From the NCBI RefSeq assembly GCF_004010195.1, contig NC_057718.1, forward strand, positions 42,918,523 to 42,973,276: a stretch of DNA of 54,754 nucleotides, written 5' to 3'. Positions within the stretch are counted from its first letter, which is position 1. The number at the start of each line of letters is the position of its first letter. A program made the position numbers and the translations under genes. Below, one piece after another: positions 52,252 through 54,754 of this stretch. The stretch is from Chiloscyllium plagiosum (lineage: Eukaryota). The notes under the pieces are model-generated. The model searched no databases, was not told the origin of the DNA, and saw nothing but the letters and a program-made list of their open reading frames with translations.

Positions 52252-52334
52252 CTTTCTCCTTGCTGCAGTGCCAGTCTCCTCTGATATCTTAGGCTATGCA
52301 AAATTCTATTTCAAAATTTTTGAAATTAAAATAG

Positions 52335-52585
52335 TCTAATAATGACCACGCAACAATTGATGGTTAATGAAAAACCCAACTGCTTCATTGATGGCCATTA
52401 GCGAATGAGATCTTCTTTCCTTACCTAGTCGGGCCTACATGAGACTCCAGACCCACAATAATGTGGTTGACTCTTCAATGCCCTCTGAACTAGCCTGGCA
52501 AACCATTCCATTCATGGGCAATTAGCAATGGGCAATAAATGTTAGCTTTTCCAAAACACCCACATCCTATGGCAAGAATAAAAAC
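52335..52585 (+). mobile_element. tRNA-derived SINE body with CR1/L2-clade tail
   Basis: AAAACCCAACTGCTTCATTGATG...CCTACATGAGACTCCAGACCCAC...GGGCAATAAATG tail shared with the 33300-type LINE. Confidence 0.65.
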
Positions 52586-53368
52586 AAAGCACATTGTTAT
52601 CACGCGACACACTCTTAATGCTGAATATTGAAAGTTGCCTACAAATTTACTCAGGCACCAGAGTTCCATCCTTTCCATCCTATTAGCATCCTTAATGGCC
52701 ACACTTGTGCTCACATGGTTTCTGCTGAAACCTTCTTGGGCATCAGTGACAAGCATTCTCATAGGTGTCAGCAGTCACATCCATAGAAGGGTGGCCCTTA
52801 TCTTCACAGAGCTATCTTGGATCTATAGAGATCTTTGGGAAACTTGACTAGTAACGAATGAAAATATCATGGTTTATTCCTGGGTATTCTGCATAGACAT
52901 ACATTATAATCCTTAAGTAGTTACATATGAGATAAACATTAGTGGAGTTGAAGAAATTCTAGATTGTGCTATCTTTGACTGCTGTTGGTCATGTACGATT
53001 ACCCGGTCCACTGGAAGGGAGATCTGTTAAGAAGCTGCAAATATCAACAAAATCTTAACATGAAAATCTGCATCTTCTGAAGCACCAGTGTTCAGATACA
53101 TTCAGAAAATAAATCCTCTGCCTACATTCTCTGTGTTGAGTATTGTCTTCTCCAAACTGGAGATCTCTTGTTCATTCCTTCTAATCTATAGAGCATGAGG
53201 TGGCTAAGGCGAAAGTTTCTGCTGCTCTCACTGCCGTTTCTTCTTCGGTTCTTATGACGTCCAAGGTAGAGCTGTTGTTATGATCTGAAGGTGACAGCTG
53301 AGAAGAGTGAGTCAAAGGTACAATCAATTCAAGTTAGTCAAAATGACGTCCACAGTTTGCAAGGACTG

Positions 53369-53511
53369 ATGTGGAGGTGCTGGTGCTGGACTACGATGGA
53401 CAAAGTTAAAAATCACACAACTAGTTACCTAATGAAGGAACAGTGCTCTGAAAGCTAGTACTTCCAAATAAACCTGTTGGATTATAACCTGATGTTGTAT
53501 GACTTTTTAAC
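53369..53511. mobile_element. Penelope-like short element, second family
   Basis: Degenerate hammerhead CTAATGAAGGAACAGTGCTCTGAAAGCTA; partial inverted ends. Flanking TGCAAGGA(C/T)TG at 53358-53368 and 53512-53522. Confidence 0.65.
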
Positions 53512-53944
53512 TGCAAGGATTGTAACAGTGCAAGCAGAAGACCCATTACTGACATTTCTTTTAAGTAATGATGTCTAAGCAATAAATGCAACCTTTCCAG
53601 CACATTCAAAACACAATTTCTTTTCAGTGTAAGATTTTTAAAGCATAGTTGGAATAAACAGAATAGAAAATTCCATTGATCCTATTTCAAAAAGTTCTGA
53701 TAAAAAGGAACTACTGTATACTTATAAATAATTTATTTCTGTATTAAAATAACTTAAGCTGTCACATTGATATCTTTTTTAAATAAAATAATATGTTTCC
53801 TCTCAATTTTCAGGGTGCACTCATTCAGTTCGTATGTCCCTTTGAGTGACATTATCCATTTTTAATGTAGCGTACTGTACTGTTTTAAGTTGAAACCCTT
53901 AACATAATAAGAATGGGACAATCTTGAATTTTAAAATGAAAATT

Positions 53945-54626
53945 TTCTTTTATTCAGTCACATGATGTGGATGTCACTGAATTCACCAGCATTTGTTTCC
54001 CATATTAACTACCCATGAAAAGATAGTAGTGAGCCTCCATCTTGAACCTTTGTAGACTACGTGGTGCATGTAAACCCATAGTGATGCTTGGGAGGGAGTG
54101 TCAGGACTTTCATTCAGCAAAAGTGATATATTAATACATGATAATGTGTGGCTTGAAGGGGAAATTGTAGGTGGTGGTGGTGCTCCCAGATGTCTGTCTG
54201 CTGCCCTTATCCTTCAAGATGGTACTGATTGTGGTTTACAGGGGCCGTCAAAGGAGTTTTGTTGAATTCCTACAGTGCAACTTGTAAAAGGTACATACTG
54301 CTGCCACTGTGTATTACTGATGGAGAGAGTAGTTGTTTAAAGTGTTGTTTGACATGCCAATTAAAGTGACAGCTTGACCTGGTATGGTGTTGAGTTTCTT
54401 GCATGTTATTAGAGTTGCACTCATCCAGCCAAGTGGAGATTATGCCTTCATACTCCTGACTTGTGATCCAGAAGTGTTGGACCACTTTTGGGGAGTAGAA
54501 GGTGAGTTGCTTGCTGTAGAATTCCCCAGTCTCTTATATGGTCCAGTCAGTTTCTGGTCAATGGATGTTCTCAGAATGTTAATAGTCGTAGATTCATTAA
54601 TGGTAATGCCACTGAATATTAAAGAG
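53945..54626 (-). mobile_element. Old CR1/L2-clade LINE 3' fragment
   Basis: Reverse complement of the family at 33300-34420 and 49570-49875 (e.g. CTGCCCTTATCCTTCAAGATGGT, GCACTCATCCAGCCAAGTGGAG). Confidence 0.7.
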
Positions 54627-54754
54627 TGATGTTGTGGTTCTGTTCACCGAGCTGGAAGTTTTTGTTGCAAACGTTTCGTCCCCTGGCTAGGCGACATCAT
54701 CAGTGCTTGGGAGCCTCCTGCGAAGCGCTTCTTTGATGTTTCCTCCGGTGTTTA
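54627..54754 (-). mobile_element. Young Penelope-like element terminus (third family), runs off the window
   Basis: Abrupt switch to CpG-retaining sequence that interrupts the old LINE; carries intact hammerhead boxes. Confidence 0.65.
54667..54706 (-). ncRNA. Putative minimal hammerhead ribozyme
   Basis: Minus RNA: GCA CUGAUGA U GUC g CCU agcc AGG g GAC GAAAC GUU^ UGC. Stem I GCA/UGC, stem II GUC/GAC plus CCU/AGG, palindromic AAACGUUU at stem III. Confidence 0.55.

Overview
This is AT-rich vertebrate genomic DNA dominated by transposable-element relics. The repeat content, HE1-type V-SINEs plus CR1/HER1-type LINEs sharing their 3' tail, points to an elasmobranch (shark); the taxon is an inference. 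I cannot confidently identify any host protein-coding gene: most ORFs in the track are TE-derived or random, and the window reads as intronic or intergenic. Recognisable content: five HE1 SINEs, many CR1-clade fragments, a Rex1/Babar LINE, a Deu-domain SINE, a decayed PIF/Harbinger transposase, two Gypsy relics, a probable solo LTR, and about a dozen short Penelope-like insertions of three families carrying minimal hammerhead-ribozyme motifs. Two structures stand out. (1) A perfect 189-bp palindrome (3724-3912), flanked by a 14-bp direct repeat, whose centre completes a hammerhead fold. (2) A 443-bp inverted duplication (15248-15690 / 16196-16638) inserted inside the Rex1 LINE it was partly copied from, with a 308-bp identical core suggestive of inter-arm gene conversion. 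I found no convincing evidence for a wholly new biological system. Family names come from recalled consensus motifs, not database searches, and boundaries of old relics are approximate.
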